From: Takakia lepidozioides
Lineage: Eukaryota > Plantae > Bryophyta
Direction of reading: 5' to 3'
Assembly: GCA_030704615.1 (NCBI GenBank)
Contig: CM060731.1
Coordinates: forward strand, 11,842,001-11,906,000
Length of the DNA stretch: 64,000 nt
Part shown: one piece after another, positions 50,473 to 62,989 of the stretch
Numbering within the stretch: position 1 is the stretch's first letter
How the letters are laid out: every line of letters begins with the position of its first letter
Program-made: the position numbers and the translations under genes
Notes under the pieces: generated by a model
Told to the model about the DNA's origin: nothing
The model's database searches: none
Seen by the model: the letters and a program-made list of their open reading frames with translations, nothing else

Positions 50473-51260
50473 TCATAACACCTCACATTTCAGTAATCCT
50501 ATTGTATGAACTGAGTGGGCCCATTGTACTTGGTGAATGCACGTGTCTCGGTGAGGATCACAAAACATCCTGTGAATGTAGATGTAGTCGTGTTTGCCAG
50601 GACAAATTTGGGTCTCTTTCCAATAGAGCTTGATAACGTGTTTTGGAAGTTCAGGCATGTGCAAATTCCCAACAGTTACCTCATAAGTCCTGTCGTGAAC
50701 AACAGAACCCGATGTCACCATACTGTACACCACCCATACCTGGACGGGGGACATTGACAACTTGGGTCACCCGACACTGCAGGATTCTTGCTGACTCAAT
50801 TTTGCATTGGTTTTTGGGACCTGCCTCAACACGACGGACCGGTTTTCCATTTCATTTCGTAGGCCAGTCGTTCCCATGTGGTGGACGTGGGGGGAATGCG
50901 GATTGCGAACCCCGACATGAAACTAGTGTTATGACAGTTGGGCCTCTTGGAAGACGAAACCCGACATCCTCTAACATCTCAATTTCTTGCTTCGACAGAC
51001 ATGTTTCCACCTTCACTGGCCACACGGCTGGAATTTGAGGCTTACTGATGACTGAATCCCGACAAGTCCCCATCACACAATGCTGAATGTCATCAGGGCA
51101 AAACCAGAACTTGTGAGGCCTGGACTCTCGCGCACCGTAATGTTTGAATAAACCTGTGAAAGTCGGGGCAGGAGTCCCACACCGCCCCTATAAATCTGGC
51201 TGGTGCACTTCACAAAGGTCAATGCCCTTACAGCAGAATACCCAACTTTTGATCCTTGGG
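50473..51260 (-). pseudogene. 3' remnant of MULE transposase
   Basis: GTPAPTFTGLF..HKFWFCPDD..PAVWPV..EIEMLE; homologous to 28400-29200. Confidence 0.8.
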
Positions 51261-52132
51261 CTGTCCTTGGCAGTTCATTAACTGCCTTCCAAGTCTTTTG
51301 TTTTATTGTCTAATTCCTACGGCCTAGGCCCCCGAGCCGCCTATAGCTAGGATATGTTTTAATCCCTTCACAAGGCACCTGTCGAGCCTAGGAAGAAGAG
51401 GGAAAATCTTCCTCTCCCAATGCCCCTCCTTCACCGAGTGCCTGAGTTCAAGTCACCTCTGATGGAAGGGCCAACGCTTCCTACCCCAGTGCCTAAAATA
51501 CTTTGTTTTAGCAAAGGAGTGGCCAAAATACCTATCATAATCCAATAGGTTCACGAAGTTCAATAAGGTGACTCTAAGCCCCTTAAATCAATAAGTTCAA
51601 TCAGTTTAATAAACGCCCCTCAGGCTATAACTTGCACCACGTGCATCTATCCTATTTAAGCAATTTCGCACATCAGAAATGCTGGAAAATAAAAGAAATT
51701 AAGAAAATCCGGAAAAATACCTCCCATATGGGAAATCATGTGGGGAATCCAAAGATGCCCTTGGCGCCTAGAAATGGCCTTGGGAACCCCGTGGGAACCC
51801 CGGGGAACCAGTGAGAACCGAGGAACGCCCGGAAACCGTTTTCTGCCGCGGGGAACTGCCGCGGCCTTATCGGATGAATGAATCTCGTTGGAATTCATCC
51901 TGCCACTACATTCGTTAGTCCAGAACATGCATGCGTAAATAATAAAATAAACACTGGTGGGTCCAAGCCAGATTTCACCCCTTTATATTATTTTAAGGCG
52001 CTGGTGCGCTTTCTATTCTGGGAAAAAAGTCATCCCCTGCCTTGGGATCTGACACAATGGTCACGTAGCCGAGTGAGGAACAGGTACTTTCTCTCCTCCC
52101 TTGTCTCTCGAGTCTCCGCCTCTAGCTCACAG

Positions 52133-52632
52133 NNNNNNNNNNNNNNNNNNNNNNNNNNNNNNNNNNNNNNNNNNNNNNNNNNNNNNNNNNNNNNNNNNNN
52201 NNNNNNNNNNNNNNNNNNNNNNNNNNNNNNNNNNNNNNNNNNNNNNNNNNNNNNNNNNNNNNNNNNNNNNNNNNNNNNNNNNNNNNNNNNNNNNNNNNNN
52301 NNNNNNNNNNNNNNNNNNNNNNNNNNNNNNNNNNNNNNNNNNNNNNNNNNNNNNNNNNNNNNNNNNNNNNNNNNNNNNNNNNNNNNNNNNNNNNNNNNNN
52401 NNNNNNNNNNNNNNNNNNNNNNNNNNNNNNNNNNNNNNNNNNNNNNNNNNNNNNNNNNNNNNNNNNNNNNNNNNNNNNNNNNNNNNNNNNNNNNNNNNNN
52501 NNNNNNNNNNNNNNNNNNNNNNNNNNNNNNNNNNNNNNNNNNNNNNNNNNNNNNNNNNNNNNNNNNNNNNNNNNNNNNNNNNNNNNNNNNNNNNNNNNNN
52601 NNNNNNNNNNNNNNNNNNNNNNNNNNNNNNNN
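52133..52632. other. Assembly gap (500 N)
   Basis: Run of N. Confidence 1.
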
Positions 52633-53197
52633 AACCATCAAGGTGCTCTGGAATTACCTGCAGCATGGTGCTTTCATCTCTGAAGCTGAAGATTGAATGC
52701 CAGGTCTACCACCCTCGTAAACCCACATCGCCTCCTGCTTCTAACAACCAAGAGCTCCATGGTGCTACCCTTGCTAACAACTTGGTTTCTCTCAATCTCA
52801 AGCAAAAACCACAAGTGCTACACTAACAACGTCTTTCTAGCACTCATAGATACGAGCTTATCTTTCTCGAGTGGTAAAGAAGAAGAATAACAAGCACAAG
52901 CTCATGGACTCACAAAGCTGAAGCATAAACTCCTGCATATATACCCCGCATCACTCAAATACAAGTCAAGCCCAGTGCACCCCACGCCTGGGGAATCCAC
53001 CCCTACGCGCCATAGCTAGGCGCGGTGAGCTCAACTCGAGAAAGATGAGCCTCCCGCGCTTGCCGTGAAGATAACCCCTCCAGGGCCTAAATCTGCCTTG
53101 ACCCTGGATTTGACACTTGGGGGCCTCCCAATTCAATAAGTAAAAAGCTAGCTATTCCTAGCTGTTTTCAATCACACTAGTGTAAAATAACTTGACA
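52633..53197 (-). mobile_element. 5' end of a Gypsy copy: segment A (52872-53197), self-complementary PBS (52856-52871) and leader
   Basis: Minus strand starts TGTCAAGTTA and ends ..TTACCA|CTCGAGAAAGATAAGC; homologous to 47875-48179. Confidence 0.82.
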
Positions 53198-54604
53198 CTC
53201 TCAATCTTGGTTGGCCTATCATCTCTTAGGCAATTACCTGCGATGGTCGTCTATTCTTTCCCTTGGCCGAGAGCACTGGCTTCCTCCTGCTTAGAGAGGG
53301 TGCTTGGGTGGCATCCCAGCCAACATCATTTGTATCTTCTGTTCTTCACAGATATTTTAATACGTGTTGCCTCCACCTGGCAGAGACAGGGATGCAAGTG
53401 CTGCGTCGGACATGGCGGGACGTTGAATGCGAATCCTGACACGGCAAGGCCTTCGTATACTGTGAGAGCGCGTAGTGGCTTCTCAGAAGGGTGTGACATT
53501 GGGATCTTGGTCATTCAACATTTACAGAATTGCTGGATGGAGCACGATGGAGCGCTACATACGGGCATGCCCTTTGCAATCAATTCCCAATATCCACGCA
53601 AGTGAGGCTGCTGAATTGGGTTTTTGCCCGTCTAGTTTTCTGACAGCATGCTCGAAACGTTCATAGGGCCATTGAGTGGCCTTGCAAATAATTTGATGTT
53701 AGCTGTTTTTCCATTTCACAAGTTATGAAGAAGGCATCACTGAAGAAGATCGCAAAGACATTAAGGCTGAAGGATATGCCCTTTGGTTGTGAACTACAAT
53801 CATATCATGTCAAACCCCATTTTCCCCACGTAGATGAGGGAGACCTTCTACATTTGCGAGTAGTGGGACTTAATTCCTTGCTTTAGCTTGACGGCAGTTT
53901 GTGACACCAGAGAAACTGGAAACTAACTACCTCCAGAAAGTTGAAACTCGCTAGATAGTCATGTATTCGTCTCATTATCTCCAAACTGGGATCCGAGAAA
54001 GTGGAAACTCACAAGATAGTCATGTATTCGTCTCATTATCTCCAAACTGGGATTCGATTATCATCCGGCCCTTTACATGTGCGCTGGATGGAGTATAATT
54101 TTTGGTTTAGGCATTTCCTGCCACCAGACGTTCGTTTCTCCAATTTGCACATTTAAGGATGTGTCTGTGTTTATTGCACTCTTTCTCCCAAGGAGGCCTT
54201 AGTACCCCCCTGTACTTGTCTCTGTTGGTTTTAGCTACAAGAAACCTGCATGGGTACATGCTCAACTGGAATCTGCAGCAGCTACGGCACAATTGAGCAA
54301 AATCAAGGCGCTCCTACTGAAGGCGCTTCCTTTGAGAACCCAATTCACCATGTTTTTCCCTCTTGTCAGATCCTGCCCTAAATTTTCTGGTTTAAATTCT
54401 GCAAGTTTAGCTGGTTTGATGAACCTTTGATGGTTTGGAGTGACTTTGACATGATGCTTCCAATGAATCAACAGGAAAGTATCCAGAAATAGGTGACACA
54501 TACGAGGCAAAGTGGTGGAATGAACACTTTTGTGACCCTGACAGTCAATAGTGGGACAATCAAGGCAAATGGCGTATGCTTGTTGGATTGCAGAGAGTAC
54601 CAGA

Positions 54605-57600
54605 TGAGCAACGTAGAGTGCGGAGTGTGCACTTCCCTTGACGGTCTCTCTGCCTACCGAGACGGTACAGGCAGCGCGTGGGGGCGAGCCGGTGAGGACC
54701 CACGAGGTGTAGACATCCATGGCACATGTGGGAGGTGCTCGAGGTTTCAGAGGGAGTTGGCAGCGAAGGCAGCTGTGATGGATGAGGTTGGGGATTCTTC
54801 TCGGGATGAGGAGGTTCTCAATGATGAGACGATGGGGCAGGATGAGGCTTGTCATTGACTGAGCAGGAAGGGGGTACTGCTCAAGAGGTTGCAGCATAGC
54901 AACCACGGGACGCGTCCTCTACCTCTAAGCCCACTGGACTTAAGGTTACAGTTACGGAGGACAATGGGGGACCTGACCTTGGACCCATTGTCACCGAGGA
55001 GAGAGACGACGTATACGGCGTTCCTCCTGAGGGCTTATAGGAATTGTTGTGCCTTCAGTGTGAAGGACTTGGGAGCACTGAAGGGTCAAGAGATCCGTAT
55101 TGAGTTGGCCACTGACACGCAATCTTCGGAGACCCTATAGATACAGTGACATGGAGGAGGTCTTGATTCAGATGAGGACTCAAGATCTCTGGGAGGCAGG
55201 TTGGTGGAGCTCTCTGGTGGAGAGTATGCTTCAGCCACAGTGATGCAGCTAAGAGGATGTCTATGCAATTGGACGGAGAGACGTATGTGCGGGTGATTAC
55301 CGCCTGTAAATCGTCAGAACCAAGTCCGATAGGTATGCCATGCAACACCCCAAGGAGATCTTTGATGCCATTGGCATTCCAAGGTCTTTAGCACGTTGGA
55401 TTACGATCCGATATCACCAGTTGCGTCAAGGAGGCGGATAAGCAAAAAAACGGCAATTCTGGGGGATCAACGAGCACGGGAAGGATGCCTATATACCAGT
55501 GGCGGTTCTTACCATTTGGGCTTAAAAAAAACGCTTCCCGCTGAGTTTCAAGAGTCATGGACAGGATTCTAGCAGGGCAGGGGTGGAGTTTGCTCGGTGC
55601 TACTAGATGACATCATCATCTTTAGTGCTACGGTGGAGGAGCATGAGAGACACCTTCAGGGGGTATTTGAGCGCTTGAGGACGCACGGATTGAAGTTACA
55701 CCGGGCAAGTGCAAGTTTTTCCACAATCAGATTGAGTATCTGGTTAACATGATTATATCCTGGAGGATTGGGGGTACAGCAGACTAGGTAGAGTCCATTG
55801 CACAGGTTCCACGCCCCACGGATGTGAGCCGAGTTTCGAGCTTTCATGGGGTAGCAAACTATTACAGACGGTTTGTTAAGGGATTTAGTGCCATTGCAAA
55901 GGCTCTAACCAGGCTGACCAAGGTGGACCAGGAGTGTTCAGTGGGAAGATGAGCAAGAACAAGCTTTTCAAGAGCTCAAGGCGAGGTTGACCTCGGCGCC
56001 CATCTTGAGACGACCTACAGGGGGCGTCCTTTTCAGCGCTGCATACAGATTGGAGCATGCGGGGCTTGAGGCGGTGCTCACACAGGTGGATGATGAGGGA
56101 AGAGAGTTCGTAGTGGCTTATGCTAGCACGCTCGAACAATGCTGCAGAGTCTAAGTATAGCTCATATGAGGGAGAAATGCTTAGCTGCAGTGTGGGCCGT
56201 GGCACACTTCAGGTGCTATCTATACGGCATCTCTTCACCCTTGTCACGGATCACCAACCACTCAAGTGGTTGATGGAGTCAGACAAGCTACGGGGAAGCT
56301 GCACGGTGGGCACTCATCCTTCAAGAGTATGACTTTCAGGTGGTGCATCGACCGGTTTTGGTCAATCGAAATGCAGATGGGTTGAGTCGCAATCCATGCA
56401 CGAGCCAGCAGGATGACACTGGAGCTCGGTGGCATGGTGAGACAGACGAGGAGATGGTGCCCCGGATGGCATGCATCTGCATTTCTGTGTATCTTGGCAG
56501 CGGAAAAGGCCAGTTGGAACTACAACAGGGATGACTGTAGATCAAGTGTCTGAGGACCCTGAGGCCAGCCATAGGCAGGGTGGCGCCAAAGATATACATG
56601 AGGATCAGTTGTGTTTGGACTACCTCCGCAGGAGACACGGCAGCCACTATGACTGCCAAGGAGAGGGATCGGATCCTACAACGAGCCAAGAGGTTCAGGT
56701 GGGAGGGGACACACCTGCTCCGATGTGGGAGGATGGTCGAGTGAGGATTGTGCCTCACCCAACACAGCGGGCCACGGTTAGTGCGGCATGCCCATGAGGA
56801 GTTGGGGCATTTTGGGGTGCGACGCACTCATAGTCTACTGCAGGGGCAGTATTGGTGGCGTGGTATGCACACAGAGGTGCAAACAATTGTGGCTAGGTGC
56901 ATGTGTGTGGACAGGGTGCGTGCTTCATTAAACTTCACCGCCCCTACTCCCATTGCACCCTCTTCCGATCATGGGATTGGGCTACAGGTGGAGTCTTGAC
57001 TTCGCAGGGCCGTTGCCACTACATCTGACCATGCGCCACACAAGTACGTGTTGGTGATGGTGGAGCACTTCTCCAAATGGATTGAATTGGTTCCATTGCC
57101 TGATAAGGCTAGTGAGGGAGCTGCGTATGCATTCCTGGATTGTGTGCTTAGCCCGGTCGGTGCTCCAGCTGAGGGTACTCACGGACCAAGGGAGAGATTC
57201 TTGGGGGAGTTTCAGGCTTTGTGTGACAAGGCCTTGATAGACCACCGCACCCACTTCTCGGGATCATCCTGAAGCCGATGGCTTGGCAGAGAGAGTTGTT
57301 CAGACAATAAAGAGGGGTTTGCGCAAGTATGGCTTGCAGAAGGGACACCTAGGAGATTGGGACCTTCAGTTACCCTGGTTAGCATGGGCTACAGGTTCAG
57401 CAAGCAAGCATCACTTGCCTCTTTCTCACCATACTTTCTTCTCTTTGGCCGAGAGCCGGATTTGCCTACCCATTCGCAGAGAAGCGCTACAGTTCTTAAC
57501 CTTGACCATCCGGACGTGTGGGCACGTGCATGTGAGCAGCGTGCAGAGTTGTTCAAGAGAGTCATGCCCATGGCTTTCGAGAACCCTTGCCATTGCACAA

Positions 57601-58060
57601 CACCCGTGATACGTTGAGGTATGCTACCATACGTGGTGGGGGCTATCGTCCTGGGGTTCGGAGATTCAACCCTGGTGACTATGTCTATCTGCAGCAGACT
57701 GCTCCTACGACCCTGGATGTGACTGCAGGACGTGTTATTTTGAGGGTTCGAGAGGTCTTGCCCTCAGGCGTCTTGGTCTTTGGAGGGTCGGGATGGCATA
57801 ACTTGGAAGGACCATGTGCGTAATTGTGCGCCATGTCACCTTCCGAATGTCGATGGCAGGATTGACCCAAACCTGGCAGTGGTATCTGCAGGTTTGAGGT
57901 GCATGGTGTGGGGTCTGCTAAAAGGGCAGCCACCATGCTGGTGTGTGATCGATGCTCTAGAGGTTGGCATATGGGGTGCTTGACTCCACCTCTTGAGATG
58001 GTTCCAGATGGGGATTGGTTATGTCCACAATGCATTGGATATTGGGAGAGTGGATACAAC
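54605..58060 (+). pseudogene. pol: 3' half of inner Gypsy pol: RT, RNase H, DDE integrase, PHD finger; many indels
   Basis: LKGQEIRIEL.TD, DDIIIF, TDHQPLKW, HEELGHFG, WSLDF, VEHFSKWIE, AERVVQTIK, MLVCDRCSRGWHMGCLTPPLEMVPDGDWLCPQC. Confidence 0.92.
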
Positions 58061-58288
58061 CATGGGAGGCTAACAAGCAACGCAAGGCCCAGCTACTAGG
58101 AGACCTTGAACACACGAGGTCTTGGCTCAAGTTCACAGATTGCAAGATGGCGACTAACGATGGGGCTACTCTTGTACCCGGCCTCTTGGTCTATAGGTTT
58201 GAGTACAATAGGAACAGTGATAGAGGACTTAGTACGGCTGTGGCTATTACATCTTGTAGCTATCTAGAGGTAGAGGGACCTATCCACC

Positions 58289-58823
58289 AGCTAGGGGGGC
58301 GATTGTGGCGACTACTTTATTGTGCATATATGTGTGGTGTGGTTTGGACCGATGTAGTTGTGTAGCGATATGTATGCGCACGACAGCTGTCAAGTTAAAT
58401 AAGCACAGTGTGAAAACAGCTAGAATAAAATAAAACTAGTTATTTGTATTTAACACTTGGATTTAGGTCAAGTGTTAAATCAGGTGTCAAGTTTAGTTTG
58501 ACACCTGGTCCGTCTTATCTTCACAGAGGGCAGTCGCGCGGCTCATCTTTCTCGAGTTGAGCCTGCGCGACCGAGCTCCTGCATGCGTTTAGATTTGAGT
58601 GTGCTTATGTAGGGGTACAGGTTGTTGTGGGGTGGAGTCCCCATAGCTTGGGGTGCCCCTGGCTCGACTACTATTTCTAAGAGTGATGGTTTGGTTTCAT
58701 GTTTTGTGTCAAAGTGTGTTTTCGTTGGATTTCTATCTATTGTGGCAGACTACTTTATTGCATATATGTGTGGTGTGGTTTGGACAGCGATGTAGTTGTG
58801 TAGCGATATGTATGCGCACGACA
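58289..58823 (+). repeat. 3' terminus: PPT (58289-58303), B1 58304-58385, GC, A2 58388-58739, T, B2 58741-58823
   Basis: B1 and B2 are near-identical 82-83-bp TG..CA repeats; A2 matches A1. Confidence 0.9.
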
Positions 58824-61800
58824 TGTCCATGACTCTCTGGAACTCTGCAGGAGCGTTCTTAAGCCCAAATGGTAAGAACCGCCACTGATATAGGCAATCC
58901 TTCCCGTGCTCATTGATCCCCCAGAATGTCGTCTTCTGCTTGTCTGCCTCCTTGATCGGCAACTGGTGATATCCAGACCGCAAGTCCAGAGTGCTAAAGA
59001 CCTTGGCATGCCCAATGGCATCAAAGATCTCCTCCGGTGTGGGCATGGCATACTTATCGGACTTGGTCTGACGATTTATAGGTCGGTAATCATCGCACAT
59101 ACGTCTCTCCGTCCAATTGCCATAGACATCCTTCTTGGCTGGCATCACCGTGGCTGAAGCATACTCTCCACCAGAGAGCTCCACCAAACCAGCCTCCCAG
59201 AGATCTTGAGTCCTCATTTGAATCAAAGACCTCTCCATGTTACTGTCTCTATAGGGTCTCCGAAAGATTGGCGTGTCCGTGGCCAACTCAATACGAATCT
59301 CCTGACCCTTCAGTGCTCCCAAATCCTTCAAACTGTAGGCAAAACAATTCATGTAAGCCCTCAGGAACCGCTATATACGTCGTCTCTCTCCTCCAGTGAC
59401 AATGGGTCCAATGTCAGGCTCCCAATTGTCCTCCGTAACTGCAACCTTAAGTCCAGCAGACTTAGAGGTAGGAGACGCGTCTCGTGGTTTCTATGCCGCA
59501 ACCTCATGAACAGTACTCCCTGCCTGCTCAGTCAATGATAAGGCCTCATCCTACCCCATCATCTCATCCTTAAGGACCTCCTTGACCCGAGAAAAATCCC
59601 CAACCTCATCCATCACAGCCGCCTTGGCTGCCAACTCCCTCTGAACCTCGAGCACCTCTCACGTGTGCCATGGATGTCTGCACCCCATGGTTCTCACCGG
59701 CTCGCCCCCACTCACTGCCTGTACCGTCTCGGTAGGCAGAGAGACCATCAAGGGAAGTGCATTTTGCACTCTACGTTGCTCAGCCATAGCCAAGCTGATA
59801 ATCCAGGTCAAGCCATTGAGATCCATCGCTTGCCCCAACACCTGACGACGTGATGCCTTAGAAAGAGAAGGCACCGCCGTGGTCCCAGTGGAAAAACCCA
59901 TAGCCCGCTCTTGCTCGTCGGCATTAGGCTCCACCAACTGCTGCAACTGAGCATCCCATATGAGGCCAGGTCCACTATCCCGGAAAGCATGCAATCCTGG
60001 GAAGCCTAGCAGTGTAGGTAGTGCTGCTCGTGGTTGACCCACCTTGTTGACCACTGCCAAAGGCGGACGGTCATCGTGTCTCACACCCTGAGACTGCCTC
60101 CCCGTGTCCAAGATTCTATCAACTGTGAGGTGTGCTAGCCGCTGCACCCCATCAAATGCACGCTTGAGCAGTGCGGGTGCCATCAAGTTAGTCCACCATA
60201 GCTGTGGACGATGAGCCCGTGACCCCATTGTAGCTGCATCCAGCAACACTACTGACCCAAGCCACGACCGGACTTGATGCACACTGGCCATCACCCTAGC
60301 CCGAGAATCGCCCAACAGTGGCACATTCTCCAATATGTATGCTGGAGATATAGCTTGATGGAGCTGTAAGTCGCGCAAAACCCGCACCATCTCCCAAAAC
60401 AGACCCGACCTCGAGTCTTGCAATCCATTGCCATGCCCGGCTGATGAATGCCCTTGGCAGGGCCAACCTGCCACTACCAGATCAACGGAGCCAGCCCGCT
60501 CCACCTGCGCCCCCAACAACAAAATGTCTGCTGGCAAGGCCTGCTGATATCCACGAACTGCAGACACCGACAACAACTCAGGGTACTGCTACACCAACTG
60601 AGCAATATGACGGAGTGAGACGCGTCGTGCAGTCTCATCCCTCTCCACATACAGGTAACGCCGTACCCGTACACCTGCGTGTGTAGAACAAAAGCCAATC
60701 CGGTACTGATTCCGCCAAACAAGTCCAGAAGGCACATGCCTACATCCGGACACTACCACACGATTGGTGTGGTGTCCAATGGTGACAACTGAGGTGGTCC
60801 TGATGCAATCCCCGCACTGTCCTCCTCTCCTGACGGTACAAAAGCCTCTACCCAGGCTTGTTGTACATGACAATCAGCAACCCACTACAAATCCTTGCTC
60901 GACAATGGAGTGTGAGCAACTATGGCAGGCAACTCCGCCATACCATACATGTTATCCTGCTCTCCCAGAGATGATACATCCTTGAATGATCGTTGCCATC
61001 AAGCAACTCTCCAAGCCAACTCACTGTAGCTGTGAATGCTGCCAGTGTCGGCATCTTGCCTCGCTGGGCAATCGCAACTCCTCCTATGAACGTCACAGGG
61101 AGCTGCATACACCGGCCCTCCCCTGACTGCCATCCATGCCTATAGGAAGCTGACTCCTCCCAAAAATCTAGGGTGAAGCCCATGGGGTACAACACTGCCC
61201 CACCAACAAGGACATTGTACGAGACCGCGTCTGTCACAATGGCCTTGGCTCTCATCACTGAGCCATCTGTAGGATGATCCGGCTGTAGTCTGATCGCCAA
61301 CTCACACCGTGTCATGCACCGAGCCTGCTCTGATCCTCCCAGAGATGTCTGTATCTAGAAAGGGCACGGCTCCATATCCGCCTCTGTGAGGCCTAAGCCT
61401 GCAATAGCAGCTTTGCCCAACATCAATGGCTGAGCTCCCGAGTCCAACAAGACTTGCAGTGGCCGGTACCTCTTGCCTGCCGGTCCACTCAAATAGAAAA
61501 TGCCATCCGGATTGTCTAACATGACAACTCCAGGTGTCACCATGGGGCGTTTAATGGCTGGCCTAGCTGGTAGCTGCAGCTTGCCATGGCGCCGCTGTGG
61601 CAGTCTTGACCCTCAAATCCAAGGATCCCTCCTGCACTACACCTCCCACTATCTCCGCAGAAGATGAAATAACCTCTCCACTCTCACAGAGTGTAGCTGC
61701 CAGCCTGAACACCTCAGCTGGTCTTACCCCCGGCGTCGCAATCATGATAGCCGATAACAATGGAGCCTGGTACACAGATGTGGCCGCCCCCAGCAGTACA

Positions 61801-62080
61801 CTAGCTGCCGTAGCCTTGGCAACACTAGGTAGTGGTGCTGCCCGTGTAGCTCTCCCCAATGGCATAGTAACCTCCACCTCGGTAACAGTTGGGCGAGAAC
61901 TAGGTGCCATGGACGACGTCGACAATGTCTCCGCCAATGTGAATGACTGAGGAAGCCTGGCCTGATGACTTGCCTCCCCACGCTGTGGATCCAACTCCAC
62001 CTCCTCACCCCGTGGCTCAGGAACTCGTGCTGCTCCTCGAGTCACTGTTGCAGCTAACTCCACTTGCATTAGTGGTAGTC
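58824..62080 (-). pseudogene. 5' half of outer Gypsy gag-pol: protease, DNMT3-like MTase, RT N-terminus
   Basis: LLDSGAQ (61355-61543); LDLFGGI, GWPCQ and ENV (59659-60740); DYRPIN..LDLRSGYHQ..LPFGLKNAP (58824-59352). Confidence 0.93.
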
Positions 62081-62989
62081 CTGCCCCGCACATAATGGTA
62101 GTGGTAGTGCTGCCCGACACTAGTGGTAGTGGTGCCCCACCCACAGTGGTAGTGGTAGTGGCACTCCTCACCATCGACATCATGCTCTAGGGTTGGATCG
62201 GCGATCAAGCCCGAATCAACCACCTATAAAATCAAGCGCCTACACAAAACTAGCATGACGCACAATCAAACATGCAGGTGTGGAGGGGATCCAAACACAA
62301 GAATAACAACTCCCCCACACCAAAATCAACTCCACAGTGTCGCTCCTGAATGGACACCCCAGCCCAAGACTGACTCTTGCCTCCACCTACGGAAAGGTCT
62401 CGGCCTACAGAGAATGTGGGAAGCTATGAGAAAGAGAAACTAAAGCAATGCCTATCCCCAGCACGCTCTCATCCCAACACCCTCTTTTCTCCTCTCTTCT
62501 CTCACCTGCATGACCATGTGTAGACACTCCTCAAACCGCCCTCCAGGAGCTCATGAAACTTGGCCTCCAAGGCCCCATGCAAGCCTCCACAGGGTCCGCC
62601 AGTGCCTCCTTACGTCCACCAACCATTCCTCAGAATGGAACCACCTCAGGAAACCACGCCATTCACTGAAGGTTCAAAAATGGAGCAAATAGAGGTACAT
62701 ATAGGCCCCAACAACATTCTGTTCAAAGGAATTACCTGCAGGCTGGTCTCCCCCATAGTTAAGAATTGGGCTGAAAACCCAAAAAGATTACCTGCAGGGA
62801 AGTAATCTCCTTTGTTAAAATGCAACAGGGAGGCAATTCCGACTTTTCTGCCGGATCAGCTAGCTCAAAACCGTTGTTCTTCAGAGCCCAGCCTCCCCAT
62901 CAAGGTCCCACGAAACGAGTGATTTTTTTTTTTTTTTTTTTTTATTATTTTTTTTTTTTTTCACTCTGACTGTTCGCGGCCTTCCGTGG

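Larger units (their letters stand above)
48443..51270 (-). mobile_element. End of MULE-like element E (reverse orientation)
   Basis: GGGTAGCTACCATGTGAGC terminal motif with GTGAGC repeats (48445-48560), plus a transposase 3' remnant. Confidence 0.55.
1839..58823 (+). mobile_element. Inner Ty3/Gypsy element (DNMT3-like + PHD family), interrupted by about 46 kb of nested insertions
   Basis: Starts TGTCAAG and ends CACGACA, flanked by TGTC (1835-1838 and 58824-58827). Removing it restores the outer RT sequence gagagtcatggacaggattctag (compare the corresponding RT stretch at 55551-55572). Pol breaks after LNCLTW (8622) and resumes at EQRRV (about 54605). The span crosses the N gap. Confidence 0.82.

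Noticed and set aside
51878-52826. Long ORFs containing X runs
   Set aside because: They span the assembly gap.
53945-54058. About 61-bp tandem duplication
   Set aside because: An isolated two-copy duplication with no further structure.
54500-54600. Invertase (GH32)-like fragment F.DP...W...GKWRMLVG
   Set aside because: Too short and degenerate to support.
54605-58060. Dense indels as a biological signal
   Set aside because: Many fall in homopolymers next to a gap; may be low consensus quality.
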